Below are positions 1-8,657 of a DNA stretch of 64,000 nt, piece by piece (the stretch's first letter is position 1; every line of letters starts with the position of its first letter). A program made the position numbers and the translations under genes. The stretch is from contig JAAEZT010000014.1 of NCBI GenBank assembly GCA_018222765.1, positions 37,007 to 101,006 of the forward strand. The letters are read 5' to 3'. The notes under the pieces were generated by a model that saw only the letters and a list, made by a program, of their open reading frames with translations, was not told the DNA's origin and searched no databases. This stretch comes from a bacterium (GTDB lineage Bacteria; Verrucomicrobiota; Verrucomicrobiia; Verrucomicrobiales; Akkermansiaceae).

Positions 1-570
1 AGATTTGAGGGGATTGGAAAGACACAATCCCGTTCGGTGGCCTTTTGGGTTCGGGTTCCGAAGGACTTTGGTGCCAATGAGGGATTTGGAGTAGTGAGTT
101 GGGGGAGCTATCGTACAACCGGAACGGCGTGGCAGGTGGCGATCAATTCTTTGGAAGAAGAAGGCTTGCCCGGGCGCTTGAGAATCGGAACCAACCCAAA
201 GGAGGTGGTGGGCCATACCGATCTGCGCGACGGAAAATGGCATCATTGCGCAGTGGTGCTTTACGGTGATGCGGAAGGTCGAGCGAGTGCCGGGACTCAT
301 GTGCTGCTCTATGTTGATGGACGATTGGAGTCCACAGCTCGCAAGTCGGTCCTGGCTGTGAATACCGACCTCGATCGTCAGTTGAATCGAGACGATCATG
401 GAGCCTGGATTGGTCGAAACCTCGCTTATCGTGATGGAATGTCGCCAGGCCGAGCGGGGAAGTATTTTCGGGGAAGCCTAGACGAGCTCGTCATCTGTGA
501 TTGGGCCTTGGGTCATGACGATGTGAATGCGCTGATGAAGCTCAATCATTTCGCGGGAAACGATGACTAG
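1..570 (+). CDS. LamG (concanavalin-A-like lectin) domain protein, C-terminal part; the 5' end lies outside the window
   Basis: Frame 1 is open from base 1 into the listed ORF 37..570, whose first residue is an internal GTG. The tail ...GKYFRGSLDELVICDWALGHDDVNALMKL parallels the LamG tail of the anti-sigma protein at 20481..22124 (...LNGRMDEIAIYRDALSKSEIAEIF). Confidence 0.6.
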   Translation, partial: RFEGIGKTQSRSVAFWVRVPKDFGANEGFGVVSWGSYRTTGTAWQVAINSLEEEGLPGRLRIGTNPKEVVGHTDLRDGKWHHCAVVLYGDAEGRASAGTHVLLYVDGRLESTARKSVLAVNTDLDRQLNRDDHGAWIGRNLAYRDGMSPGRAGKYFRGSLDELVICDWALGHDDVNALMKLNHFAGNDD

Positions 571-702
571 AAAGGAGGATTCTGTTATTTCTGTATATCG
601 TAGGGGTAGTTTCCGGACTCTTTGAAATTCCCCATCAAGAGGGTGAGCGAGGGAAGAGATTTCAGTGACAAGTGACCATCTGGTATTAAAGTCGCTCTCG
701 TC

Positions 703-1974
703 ATGGATTGGGAGTTGTCGAAGTTTGGAGAAAATCTCTGCGAGGGAAGTGGAATCGGCGAATTGATGGACGATTTGGGCGAGGCTCTCGCGGGTGGAGG
801 CGATGTAAAAATGCTCGGAGGCGGCCAACCGGCACATATTCCCAAGATGGACGAGGTATGGCGTCGTCGTATGGAAGAAATTCTTACTGAGCCTGGTGGC
901 ATGGAGCGAGCCTTGGGCAATTATGATGTCCCGGCCGGTAACGAAGCTTTTCGTGTGGCACTGGCGAACCTTTTCAAAGAGGAATTCGGCTGGGAGGTCA
1001 CCGCGGAAAATTTTGCGGTCACGATGGGCGGGCAGACGGCCTTCTTTATGCTTTTTAATGCGCTGGCCGGACGCTTTGCGGATGGTCGACGAAAGAAAAT
1101 CCTTCTTCCTCTGCTCCCGGAATACATCGGCTACAGCGATCAGGCGGTAGGAGATGATTTTTTTGAGGCCATTCCGGCGAGGATTGAGAAAACCGGGGCA
1201 CATGAATTTAAATACCACGTTGATTTTGATGCGGTGGATCCCGGAGACGATATCGCGGCGATGTGTGTGTCGCGTCCGACCAACCCGTCCGGGAATGTGC
1301 TGACCGATGATGAAATCGAAAATCTTCGCGAGATTGCGCGGGAGAAAGGAATCCCGCTCATCGTTGACAACGCTTATGGCGCTCCTTTTCCCAATGTTAT
1401 CTTTTCCGAAGTAAAGCCGGTTTGGGATGAGGGCATGATTCTTACGTTGAGCCTTTCCAAGATCGGGTTGCCTGGAACGAGAACAGGAATCGTGATCGCC
1501 GATAAAAAGATCTGCCGCGCCCTGTCGTCAATGACATCGATAGTGGGATTGGCCAATCCAAATCTCGGGCAGGAGATCATGCGTCCACTTGTGGAGAGTG
1601 GAGAAGTCTTGCGACTGAGCCGGGAAGTAGTGCGACCTTTCTACGAGGTGCGTTCGCAAATGGCTCAGAGATGGTTTGCGAAGTATCTCCCCGACGAGAT
1701 TCCCTATTATATTCATCGAAGCGAAGGAGCCTTGTTTCTCTGGCTTTGGTTCGAAGGCCTGCCGATCACGTCCAAAGAACTTTACCAGCGACTCAAAGGG
1801 CGAGGAATTCTCGTAGTGCCGAGCGAGTATTTTTTCTTTGGTTTGCCCGAAGGTACAGATTGGCCCCATGTCCGAGAGTGTATTCGTGTCAGTTACACCA
1901 TGCCTGAAGAGGTGGTGGAAGAGGGGATTCGCATCATTGCGGATGAAGTCAGAAAAGCCTACGAAGAAAAATGA
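703..1974 (+). CDS. avtA: Valine--pyruvate aminotransferase (class I/II PLP aminotransferase, AvtA type)
   Basis: 423-aa ORF, colinear from recall with E. coli AvtA over nearly its full length. Shared blocks include MLGGGQPAHIP, KKILLPLLPEYIGY, FKYHVDF, CVSRPTNPSGNVLTDDE, IPLIVDNAYGAPFPNVIFSE, LSLSKIGLPGTRTG and EGALFLWLWFEGLPIT. Confidence 0.85.
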   Translation: MDWELSKFGENLCEGSGIGELMDDLGEALAGGGDVKMLGGGQPAHIPKMDEVWRRRMEEILTEPGGMERALGNYDVPAGNEAFRVALANLFKEEFGWEVTAENFAVTMGGQTAFFMLFNALAGRFADGRRKKILLPLLPEYIGYSDQAVGDDFFEAIPARIEKTGAHEFKYHVDFDAVDPGDDIAAMCVSRPTNPSGNVLTDDEIENLREIAREKGIPLIVDNAYGAPFPNVIFSEVKPVWDEGMILTLSLSKIGLPGTRTGIVIADKKICRALSSMTSIVGLANPNLGQEIMRPLVESGEVLRLSREVVRPFYEVRSQMAQRWFAKYLPDEIPYYIHRSEGALFLWLWFEGLPITSKELYQRLKGRGILVVPSEYFFFGLPEGTDWPHVRECIRVSYTMPEEVVEEGIRIIADEVRKAYEEK

Positions 1975-2747
1975 GAGCGTTATATTTCATCTGGCTAATG
2001 GTTATCGGAACAGCCTCGGGGGAGAGCTCAAAGCTTCCGCCATTAAATCAATACGTGCTGTGGGCCGTGAACCAGATGCCAAAGGGCGGAGGGTATCTGG
2101 CCTCGAAAAAAGCGATCGTGAATTTGCAAAATGGAGTGGCTTTGAGTGATCAGGGTATTAGCACCAAACCCAAAGTTGCGAGCCCTTCATTTTGTTCCGG
2201 AGCAACCTATTGTGTGTTTTTGAAAGTCATCGACAAGCTCATCGAAAATGGTTCCTTGAAAATGACCGGCAAACAGCGATGGGAGTTTTTGAAAATCGAC
2301 GAAGTTCCCGATGGCCACGGTATCTGGGGTAGATGGAATGCCAACGGCCCGGGCACGGCCAAGCTATTTGCCGAACTCAAGTGCGGGAAGAACTTCACGA
2401 GTTACGATCATGCGCTGCCGGGAGACTTTATGAAAATCTGGTGGACGGAAGAAATCGGCGGCAAGGAGCGGGGCCATTTGGTGGTGTATTTGGGAGCGAT
2501 GATGAAAAACGGGAAGAAGCACATTCGATTTTGGTCGTCCAATATCCCCGAAGGCTACGGCGAAAAAGTGGTCCCCCGGGCAGACATTAAACATGTGCTC
2601 TTCAGTCGCTTTGAAAACCACCGCCAGTTGGCCAAAGCCGGAAGCCTTCCAGAAAAGAATCGATTTCTCGAGGACATGCTTCGTAAGAGCTTTACCTGGA
2701 AGCAAGTGGCGAAAGAATGCCGTGTTCATGCCATTCCGGGTGGATGA
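1971..2747 (+). CDS. Secreted hypothetical protein with a possible papain-like (NlpC/P60-type) Cys-His pair
   Basis: 258-aa ORF whose ATG overlaps the avtA stop (ATGA), suggesting translational coupling. It has an N-terminal signal-like segment (MRALYFIWLMVIGTASG). FCSGATYCVF followed later by RGHLVVYLG resembles the nucleophile and His blocks of NlpC/P60 enzymes; this similarity is weak. Confidence 0.5.
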   Translation: MRALYFIWLMVIGTASGESSKLPPLNQYVLWAVNQMPKGGGYLASKKAIVNLQNGVALSDQGISTKPKVASPSFCSGATYCVFLKVIDKLIENGSLKMTGKQRWEFLKIDEVPDGHGIWGRWNANGPGTAKLFAELKCGKNFTSYDHALPGDFMKIWWTEEIGGKERGHLVVYLGAMMKNGKKHIRFWSSNIPEGYGEKVVPRADIKHVLFSRFENHRQLAKAGSLPEKNRFLEDMLRKSFTWKQVAKECRVHAIPGG

Positions 2748-2858
2748 TTTTTTCGGGCGAAATACCATGCGGCATGCGCAGTTAAAAATTTTTCTCTTCC
2801 AGCTCTGGAGCAGATCCGCGTGTTGAGATCCAACTCTCCAACAACCCGGAAGCAGGCG

Positions 2859-5363
2859 CTACTCCTGGATGACCTGTGCGCGACCAGGTTTGCGGAAGAT
2901 GGGGTCGGCCAAGCCTTTGGCGGGGCGGGTGAAGGGCGATGGTTTCCAATTTGGGTTGGTGAAGTCGCCGCTACCGCGGAATTGAAACATTCCTTTTAAT
3001 AGTGTGAGAGGCGTGGTGAGCAAGCCGAGAAGGCCGCGGGCATTGATGCGGACAATCATTTCGATGCGATCGGTGTTGAGATCGATCCATCCTTCACCGG
3101 TGAGATTCAGACTGGTGGAGACAGCGCTGAAATCCTTGGTCATCCAAACTCCGTTCTTAATGGCGAAGGTGGCGGAGGCATCCTTGGCTCGCTCGTATCC
3201 CATCCGTTTGTCCCCCAGAACGCCTGCGATAAGGGGGGAGAGGGGGCCGAAGATGGGGAGGGCGACAAGGTTTCCTTTTTCGATCCCAATGACTCCGGTG
3301 GCGTTGAATTGCCGTAGGTCACTTTCGACTCCGCTAAAGCTGATTTGGCCGGTGAGCCATCCCTTTTCCTTCTCTTTGAATTTGTAGACTTTGGAGATTT
3401 CGGGGAAGTGAAGTCGGGTCCATCTGATGTCACCGGTATACTTTGGGGGGGCTTGTCGGGGAGTGTCGATAACGACCTTACCCGCCGCAGTTCCACCGAC
3501 CGTGGAGAATGACAGCTTGTCCACGGTGATCCGGGAGCGCCGGACGGTGACGTTGGTTTTTAGTTTGGTGACAGGGAGTGGTTTGCCAAGGAAGGGATAG
3601 TCGGTTTGACCTTCGGTCTGGATTTCAACGAGATAAATATTTTTCTCATCGCTTCCGAGTCGATTGTCGAATGATCCGTTGAGCTTGAGAGAAGGCGGCT
3701 GGTGGAAGCGGTAGGTTTTTTCGAGGTGGGCCGATGTCTTTGGGGCGAAAATGCGAACGATGGGCGAGGGCCAGAATTTACCTTGGAGATTGCTGATGAC
3801 GGTTTGTTTTCGTTCGCGATCAACGAGGACACTGTCGATGGTGAGTTCGCTGGAGGCTTTGCCGCGCACACGGGTGCGGGCGACTTCTTTTTCATCGTTG
3901 ATGAGGCACTTGACGTTTTTGAATTCCTGTTTCTTCGGCCCGATTTCAAAGTCCATTGCAAGTCGATGAAGAGCAGTGTCGCGATAGATGAGATTGTTCA
4001 TGTGGGCCTTGCCGGTGGAGGTCCAGGTGGTGAGATCATCGCGGTTGATCTCACCTTGAATGTCGAGATCAAGAAGGGAGTTTTTGCCGAACTTGACGCG
4101 CTCAAGTTCTTTTTTGGTCTTACTTCCCGGAGTGATGAAGGGGTCAAAGGCAGAGAGCGGAAGAGTGGAGGTAAGGTTGTAATTTACTAATCTGCCGCGG
4201 GACAGAATATTGCCATCGAGCTGCCCGTCGGCGTGTTTCACCATGAGGTCCCGGAGGTAGAGGTCTCCATCGTGCCAGGAGAACTGTGAGTTGAGTTCTT
4301 CGTAGCGGGTGCCAAGGAATTGGAAGTTTCCGAGGTGGGCCGAGCCGGATGCTTTCACGGAGAAATTTTGGTCGGAGAGAGCGGTGAAGCTCCCGGAAAC
4401 GGAAATTACCGGCGAGCGGGCCATGTTGAGGCCGGGGAGGATCTCTTTTTTATCATCTTCGATAAAGCAGGAGTTGATGAAATCTATGAATTGAAGACTG
4501 GAGTCGAGATTGAAGCGGCCTTCGCGGCGCGTAATGCTCCAGTCCGCCTGGCCGGAGGCGTGGCCGGTTTCATCCTCGAGGGAGATGGTGTCAAGAGTGA
4601 CAAGTTGGGCCCGGAGATCGCCCTCGATTTTGAGTTTCTTCAAAGAGTAGTCGTTGCGCTTGAGGTTGCGTGCGCTGAAGGAAAATTCGGTGTTGATTCG
4701 TTCGGGATGGTTCAGATCGCCTCGAACGACAAACTCGAGTTCGGGGGATGAATCGCTCGGGAGCTCCCAGCGGTCCATTTCATCAAGAATAAGATGGAGA
4801 ATTTTGTTGGCGGGGCTGGGTTCCTTTTTTAGCCCGTCTTTAGGAGTTCTCTTTTTTTGTATGGGAGCCTTGAAATCAGCTTTGAAGGAAACCTGAATAC
4901 CTTCAATTAAACCTCTGGCATCGTGAAAGCGGATACGTCCGGAATCGGTCATAGTGACCCGGCCGTTGATACCTGAGGCTTCGAGCTTTTCGCCTTCTTT
5001 TTCGGTCGGGACCAAGGTGGAACCATCTATGATGATCAGGTTGATGAGTTTGAACTTCCCCCGAAGGGCCTTGGTCTTATCGAGGTCGAGGGTGATCTCC
5101 TCGGCCTCCAGAATGGGGCTGGAATCTCGCTCATTGGCATAGAATTGGACATCGGTGGCGACCAGCCCACGCCGCGGGTCGAAGCGCAGGGAGGTGAAGT
5201 CAAGATGAAGCCCTCGTCCGGAAAGTTCACTGCGAACCCAGTCACCGTATGGGCCGGGAAAGCCGATCTGGTTGAGGTAGATCAGGCCGCCGGCGATCAC
5301 GAAAAAACCGGCCCCAAGCGCAAGTGCGAAAACGGTTTTGGCGACGCGAAAGGCATATCCCAT
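2859..5363 (-). CDS. Large membrane-anchored AsmA-like / DUF748-type protein
   Basis: 834-aa ORF with a single N-terminal TM helix (FALALGAGFFVIAGGLIYL), then a long beta-rich body. The C-terminal region (...LTGEGWIDLNTDRIEMIVRINARGLLGLL...) is reminiscent of AsmA-family C-termini. It is the last gene of a four-gene minus-strand cluster. Confidence 0.55.
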   Translation of the reverse strand: MGYAFRVAKTVFALALGAGFFVIAGGLIYLNQIGFPGPYGDWVRSELSGRGLHLDFTSLRFDPRRGLVATDVQFYANERDSSPILEAEEITLDLDKTKALRGKFKLINLIIIDGSTLVPTEKEGEKLEASGINGRVTMTDSGRIRFHDARGLIEGIQVSFKADFKAPIQKKRTPKDGLKKEPSPANKILHLILDEMDRWELPSDSSPELEFVVRGDLNHPERINTEFSFSARNLKRNDYSLKKLKIEGDLRAQLVTLDTISLEDETGHASGQADWSITRREGRFNLDSSLQFIDFINSCFIEDDKKEILPGLNMARSPVISVSGSFTALSDQNFSVKASGSAHLGNFQFLGTRYEELNSQFSWHDGDLYLRDLMVKHADGQLDGNILSRGRLVNYNLTSTLPLSAFDPFITPGSKTKKELERVKFGKNSLLDLDIQGEINRDDLTTWTSTGKAHMNNLIYRDTALHRLAMDFEIGPKKQEFKNVKCLINDEKEVARTRVRGKASSELTIDSVLVDRERKQTVISNLQGKFWPSPIVRIFAPKTSAHLEKTYRFHQPPSLKLNGSFDNRLGSDEKNIYLVEIQTEGQTDYPFLGKPLPVTKLKTNVTVRRSRITVDKLSFSTVGGTAAGKVVIDTPRQAPPKYTGDIRWTRLHFPEISKVYKFKEKEKGWLTGQISFSGVESDLRQFNATGVIGIEKGNLVALPIFGPLSPLIAGVLGDKRMGYERAKDASATFAIKNGVWMTKDFSAVSTSLNLTGEGWIDLNTDRIEMIVRINARGLLGLLTTPLTLLKGMFQFRGSGDFTNPNWKPSPFTRPAKGLADPIFRKPGRAQVIQE

Positions 5364-5404
5364 CGGGGGGATTATAAATCAACTTTCTAAAATCAAAAGA
5401 TGAA

Positions 5405-6304
5405 TCAAGGAACAGGGGTCTGTTCGAGGGCGTTTGCGAGGAGAGAGTCGGCGTCGGGCGTTTCTTCGGTCAGAAGTCGGTGGCGCAGGACGAAGGGGAA
5501 AATGTTTTGCACGTGGTCGGGATGGACCTCGCTCCGGCCGTCGAGGAGGGCTGCGGCTTGGGAGGCACGCTGGAGGGCCAGAGTGGCCCGGGTGGAGACG
5601 GAGTGATCTTGCCCGAGGGTGGCGCGGACGGCCTGGCAAAGGGCTAAAAGGTAGCGTTGCAGGGTATCGGAGACAGGGAGGGTAGCGGATTGGGCCTGAA
5701 GTGATTTGAGTGGGTCGAGATCGATGACGGGCTCGACTTCGATCTTCGGCTGCTCCGAATGATAGCGGAGGATTTCCAGTTGGGTTTGGTCATCGGGCAG
5801 GTTCATCGGGATAGAGAGGAGGAAGCGATCGAGTTGTGGCTCGGGTAGAGGAAATGTGCCGGTGGACGAGGTGTCGTTCTGGGTTGCTACCACGAGGAAA
5901 GGGTCGGGAAGTTCTCTGGTTTCGCCGTCGATGGTGACCTGGCGTTCGTTCATTGCTTCGAGAAGAGACGACTGGGTGCGGGGAGAGGCGCGGTTGATCT
6001 CGTCGGCGAGGAGGAGATTGGCGAAAACCGGTCCGGGGATGAATTCGAACTCGCCAATTTGCTGGCGGTAGAGATTGTAACCGAGAATGTCGGACGGTAG
6101 GAGGTCGGGGGTGAATTGCACGCGGCGAAAGCTTCCGCTTAGTGAGGTGGCCAGAGTGTGGGCGAGAGTTGTTTTTCCGATGCCCGGAGGGCCGGTGACC
6201 AAGGCATGTCCGCGAGCGAGAAGGGCTGTGATTAGCAGGTCCACGGAGTCGGCAGATCCGAGAACCGTGGAGAGTAGTTGGTCGCGAAGTTTAGGAAGGG
6301 ACAT
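5405..6304 (-). CDS. MoxR-family AAA+ ATPase
   Basis: 299 aa. Walker A is GPPGIGKTTLA and Walker B is LLADEINRASPRTQSSLLEAM. The VVATQNDTSSTGTFPLPEPQLDRFL block is typical of MoxR/RavA-type ATPases. Confidence 0.85.
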   Translation of the reverse strand: MSLPKLRDQLLSTVLGSADSVDLLITALLARGHALVTGPPGIGKTTLAHTLATSLSGSFRRVQFTPDLLPSDILGYNLYRQQIGEFEFIPGPVFANLLLADEINRASPRTQSSLLEAMNERQVTIDGETRELPDPFLVVATQNDTSSTGTFPLPEPQLDRFLLSIPMNLPDDQTQLEILRYHSEQPKIEVEPVIDLDPLKSLQAQSATLPVSDTLQRYLLALCQAVRATLGQDHSVSTRATLALQRASQAAALLDGRSEVHPDHVQNIFPFVLRHRLLTEETPDADSLLANALEQTPVP

Positions 6305-6313
6305 GAGGGGTTG

Positions 6314-7201
6314 TTACTGACGTAGGAGGAACTCGGAGTAGGGCTCTTCGGTCGGAATGACGACGCGGACCTTGAGGAGGGGGAGGATTTTATTGTCGAT
6401 CGTTTCGAAAGTGAGGATACCGGAGGCCTTTACCCATTCGTCGACGGCGGGGCGTTTGGCGTCGTCGGGGAATTCCATGGAAACACCGACAAACTGGGCA
6501 TCGGCTGCACAGCATGACATGATCTTGCGGAAAATGCGCATGCGGTCACCGGCTTCGTTACCGATTTGCTCAGGGGCGACCCGTCCTTCCAGTTCGACGG
6601 GCAGGCCTTCGTAGATACTCTGAACTTCACGGTCACCGGCGGCCCAGTAGGCGGCGAAAAGTTGAAGTTGAAATTCGCCCTCTTCGTTTTTTGGGACCCG
6701 TTTTTCGAGGTCTTCCCGGGTGAAGGCGGCAGGTGCATCCAGGCCATTGAGGGCGGGTGCTTCGTAGAGGCCTTTCTTGGCCATGCCCCGATTGGACAGT
6801 TTGTCTTGGGTATAGTTCATCGCGACGATGAGGGGGACCAGGGTGAGGAGGTAAGTCGCGACGGGGCCATGACCCTCGTGCTCATGGTCGCAGTCGCCGC
6901 AGTGCTCCTCTTCACCGTGGTCATGGTCGTGGAGGTGTCCTTCATCATCGTGATGATGGTGGTGATCATGGTGGTGGTCGTCATGATCATGTTCGTGGTC
7001 ACAGCTGCTTTTCTTTTCCTGCGGATTGATCAGCGAGTAAAGACCCAAGACGATGATGCCAATTCCTCCGGCGAGGACGAGCGTGTGGAAGTCCTTGGCA
7101 AGGTAATCTTGAATGCGTTGCGAGTGATAGAAATAGATCAGCGCACAGCCCCAGCAAAGGGCGAGCAGTCCAAAGAGCCGGGTGTGGAGAGCTGACATCA
7201 T
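6314..7201 (-). CDS. DUF1980 / TIGR03943-type putative permease subunit with an extreme His/Asp-rich linker
   Basis: The listed ORF is 6314..7219. The ATG at 7201 overlaps the upstream permease stop (ATGA), so it is the likelier start. The protein has two N-terminal TM helices, then CDHEHDHDDHHHDHHHHHDDEGHLHDHDHGEEEHCGDCDHEHEGHG, then a C-terminal soluble domain. Pairing with a UPF0718 permease matches the known ycgR/ycgQ-type gene pair. Confidence 0.7.
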   Translation of the reverse strand: MMSALHTRLFGLLALCWGCALIYFYHSQRIQDYLAKDFHTLVLAGGIGIIVLGLYSLINPQEKKSSCDHEHDHDDHHHDHHHHHDDEGHLHDHDHGEEEHCGDCDHEHEGHGPVATYLLTLVPLIVAMNYTQDKLSNRGMAKKGLYEAPALNGLDAPAAFTREDLEKRVPKNEEGEFQLQLFAAYWAAGDREVQSIYEGLPVELEGRVAPEQIGNEAGDRMRIFRKIMSCCAADAQFVGVSMEFPDDAKRPAVDEWVKASGILTFETIDNKILPLLKVRVVIPTEEPYSEFLLRQ

Positions 7202-8121
7202 GGTTGCGCGGATTCCCAATAGTTTTCGTAAACGGTCTCAGCGAGGATGGAAAATCCTCCAGTGAGAACGAAAAGAGCGGCGAGGAGAATAATGATGAAT
7301 TTCCAGCGGAAGACGGTGGAATAGAGGAAGAGGAGCTTTGCATCCATCATGGGGCCGAACACCATGAAGGCGAGTTTCGGTGCGTAGGAAAAGTTACCGA
7401 TGTTGGCCGCGATGAAGGCGTCGGAGGTGGAGCAGAGGCTGAGAAAGAAGGCCAGACCCATCATGGCGGGAGTGGCCAGAATGGAGTTGTCGGTGAGGCC
7501 TTTCCAGAAGTCGGTGGTGGGGTCGATCCAGGTGGTTTTGAGGAGGGAAGTGAGAATGACGCCGATGGTGAAATATAGTCCGACGTCCATGAAGTCGCGC
7601 AGCGAATTATTCATTGCAGAATTCAGGTTCCGCGGATGATGGTGCTCGTGGCCGGATTCGGCTTGTGCGGAGGGTTTGAGGAATCGTCCGTGGGCAACCC
7701 GCAGGATGGCAATGCCGACGAGAACGGCGATGAGGTATCCCATGCCGAGTCGGGCTCCGACGACGAAGTAGGAATCATTGAAGGCCTTGAAGGTGCTGAT
7801 CGCGGTGACGGGATTGAAAATGGGAGCCGCCAGCATGTAGGCGAGGGCGCAGGAAACGGGGAGGCCGTTTTTAACGAGGCGTCGGATAACTGGCACGACA
7901 GCGCATTCGCAGACGGGGAAAACGGCGCCGAGGAGACCGCTCGCCATGATGGCGAGGATGGGGTTTTTCGGGAGAACCTTCTCGAAGGCGTTGCGCGGGA
8001 GGTAGGTTCCGAGGAAGCCGCTGACGAGGGTACCAAGGAAGATAAATGGAAGGCCCTCGAGGAAGATCGCGAGAAATTCGTATGAGCCGTCCTGAAGCTG
8101 GTCCCTTGTGCTGTCAGTCAC
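7198..8121 (-). CDS. UPF0718 / DUF318 family permease (COG0701-type)
   Basis: 307-aa polytopic membrane protein. It carries a VFPVCECAVVPV motif and an internal HEHHH loop, and is co-oriented and overlapping with the DUF1980 partner gene. Confidence 0.75.
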   Translation of the reverse strand: MTDSTRDQLQDGSYEFLAIFLEGLPFIFLGTLVSGFLGTYLPRNAFEKVLPKNPILAIMASGLLGAVFPVCECAVVPVIRRLVKNGLPVSCALAYMLAAPIFNPVTAISTFKAFNDSYFVVGARLGMGYLIAVLVGIAILRVAHGRFLKPSAQAESGHEHHHPRNLNSAMNNSLRDFMDVGLYFTIGVILTSLLKTTWIDPTTDFWKGLTDNSILATPAMMGLAFFLSLCSTSDAFIAANIGNFSYAPKLAFMVFGPMMDAKLLFLYSTVFRWKFIIILLAALFVLTGGFSILAETVYENYWESAQP

Positions 8122-8209
8122 TTAAAGATAAAGCGCAGATCATGGGCAGTGATCCAATAAAAAAAGCGGGCCCGTGAAGACTCGCTTTTGGAAAGTGATG
8201 ATCCGCGCC

Positions 8210-8557
8210 TCAGTTGACGTTGAAGTTCCAGGTGTATCGGCTGTTGCGGCCGAAGCTTTTGTAACCTGAGATCGTATTCGTATTCTTGGCGGTCGCGGCA
8301 TACTTGTAGAGGCCCGAGTTGAGGCTCACTGTGCGGCTGCCATGGGCGGGGAGTGAGACGAATTTAGTCTCCGGACCGCGGAGTCCCAGCATGATACTTT
8401 TGTGGGAATTGTTCCGGATGGTTACGAGTGGCTTGAAGGCTGCGCGAGGAGTGGGAGTGTCGTTTCTTCTTGGGGTCGGAGACGGGCTACAGCTGAAAAA
8501 AATCAAGGACGTTGCTAAAATTACAAGTGCTGCCCGGGGGCGGGAGAATCTACGCAT
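8210..8557 (-). CDS. Small hypothetical lipoprotein
   Basis: 115-aa ORF with a signal peptide and a Cys at ...LIFFSC-SPSP (non-canonical lipobox). No recognisable domain. Confidence 0.5.
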   Translation of the reverse strand: MRRFSRPRAALVILATSLIFFSCSPSPTPRRNDTPTPRAAFKPLVTIRNNSHKSIMLGLRGPETKFVSLPAHGSRTVSLNSGLYKYAATAKNTNTISGYKSFGRNSRYTWNFNVN

Positions 8558-8657
8558 TGTTTATAGGGATTAGGATTTTGAGCGTGATTTTTTTTGTAAT
8601 GAAAATTGTCTCTTGGTCACATTTTCAAAAACCCGCCCAAATTGCCAGCGGAATGAT

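Noticed and set aside
6866-7003. Highly repetitive CAT/CAC/GAT DNA that superficially looks like a simple-sequence repeat.
   Set aside because: It stays in frame within a long ORF and encodes a His/Asp tract. It is treated as a coding low-complexity segment (see findings), not as a non-coding repeat or CRISPR-like array.
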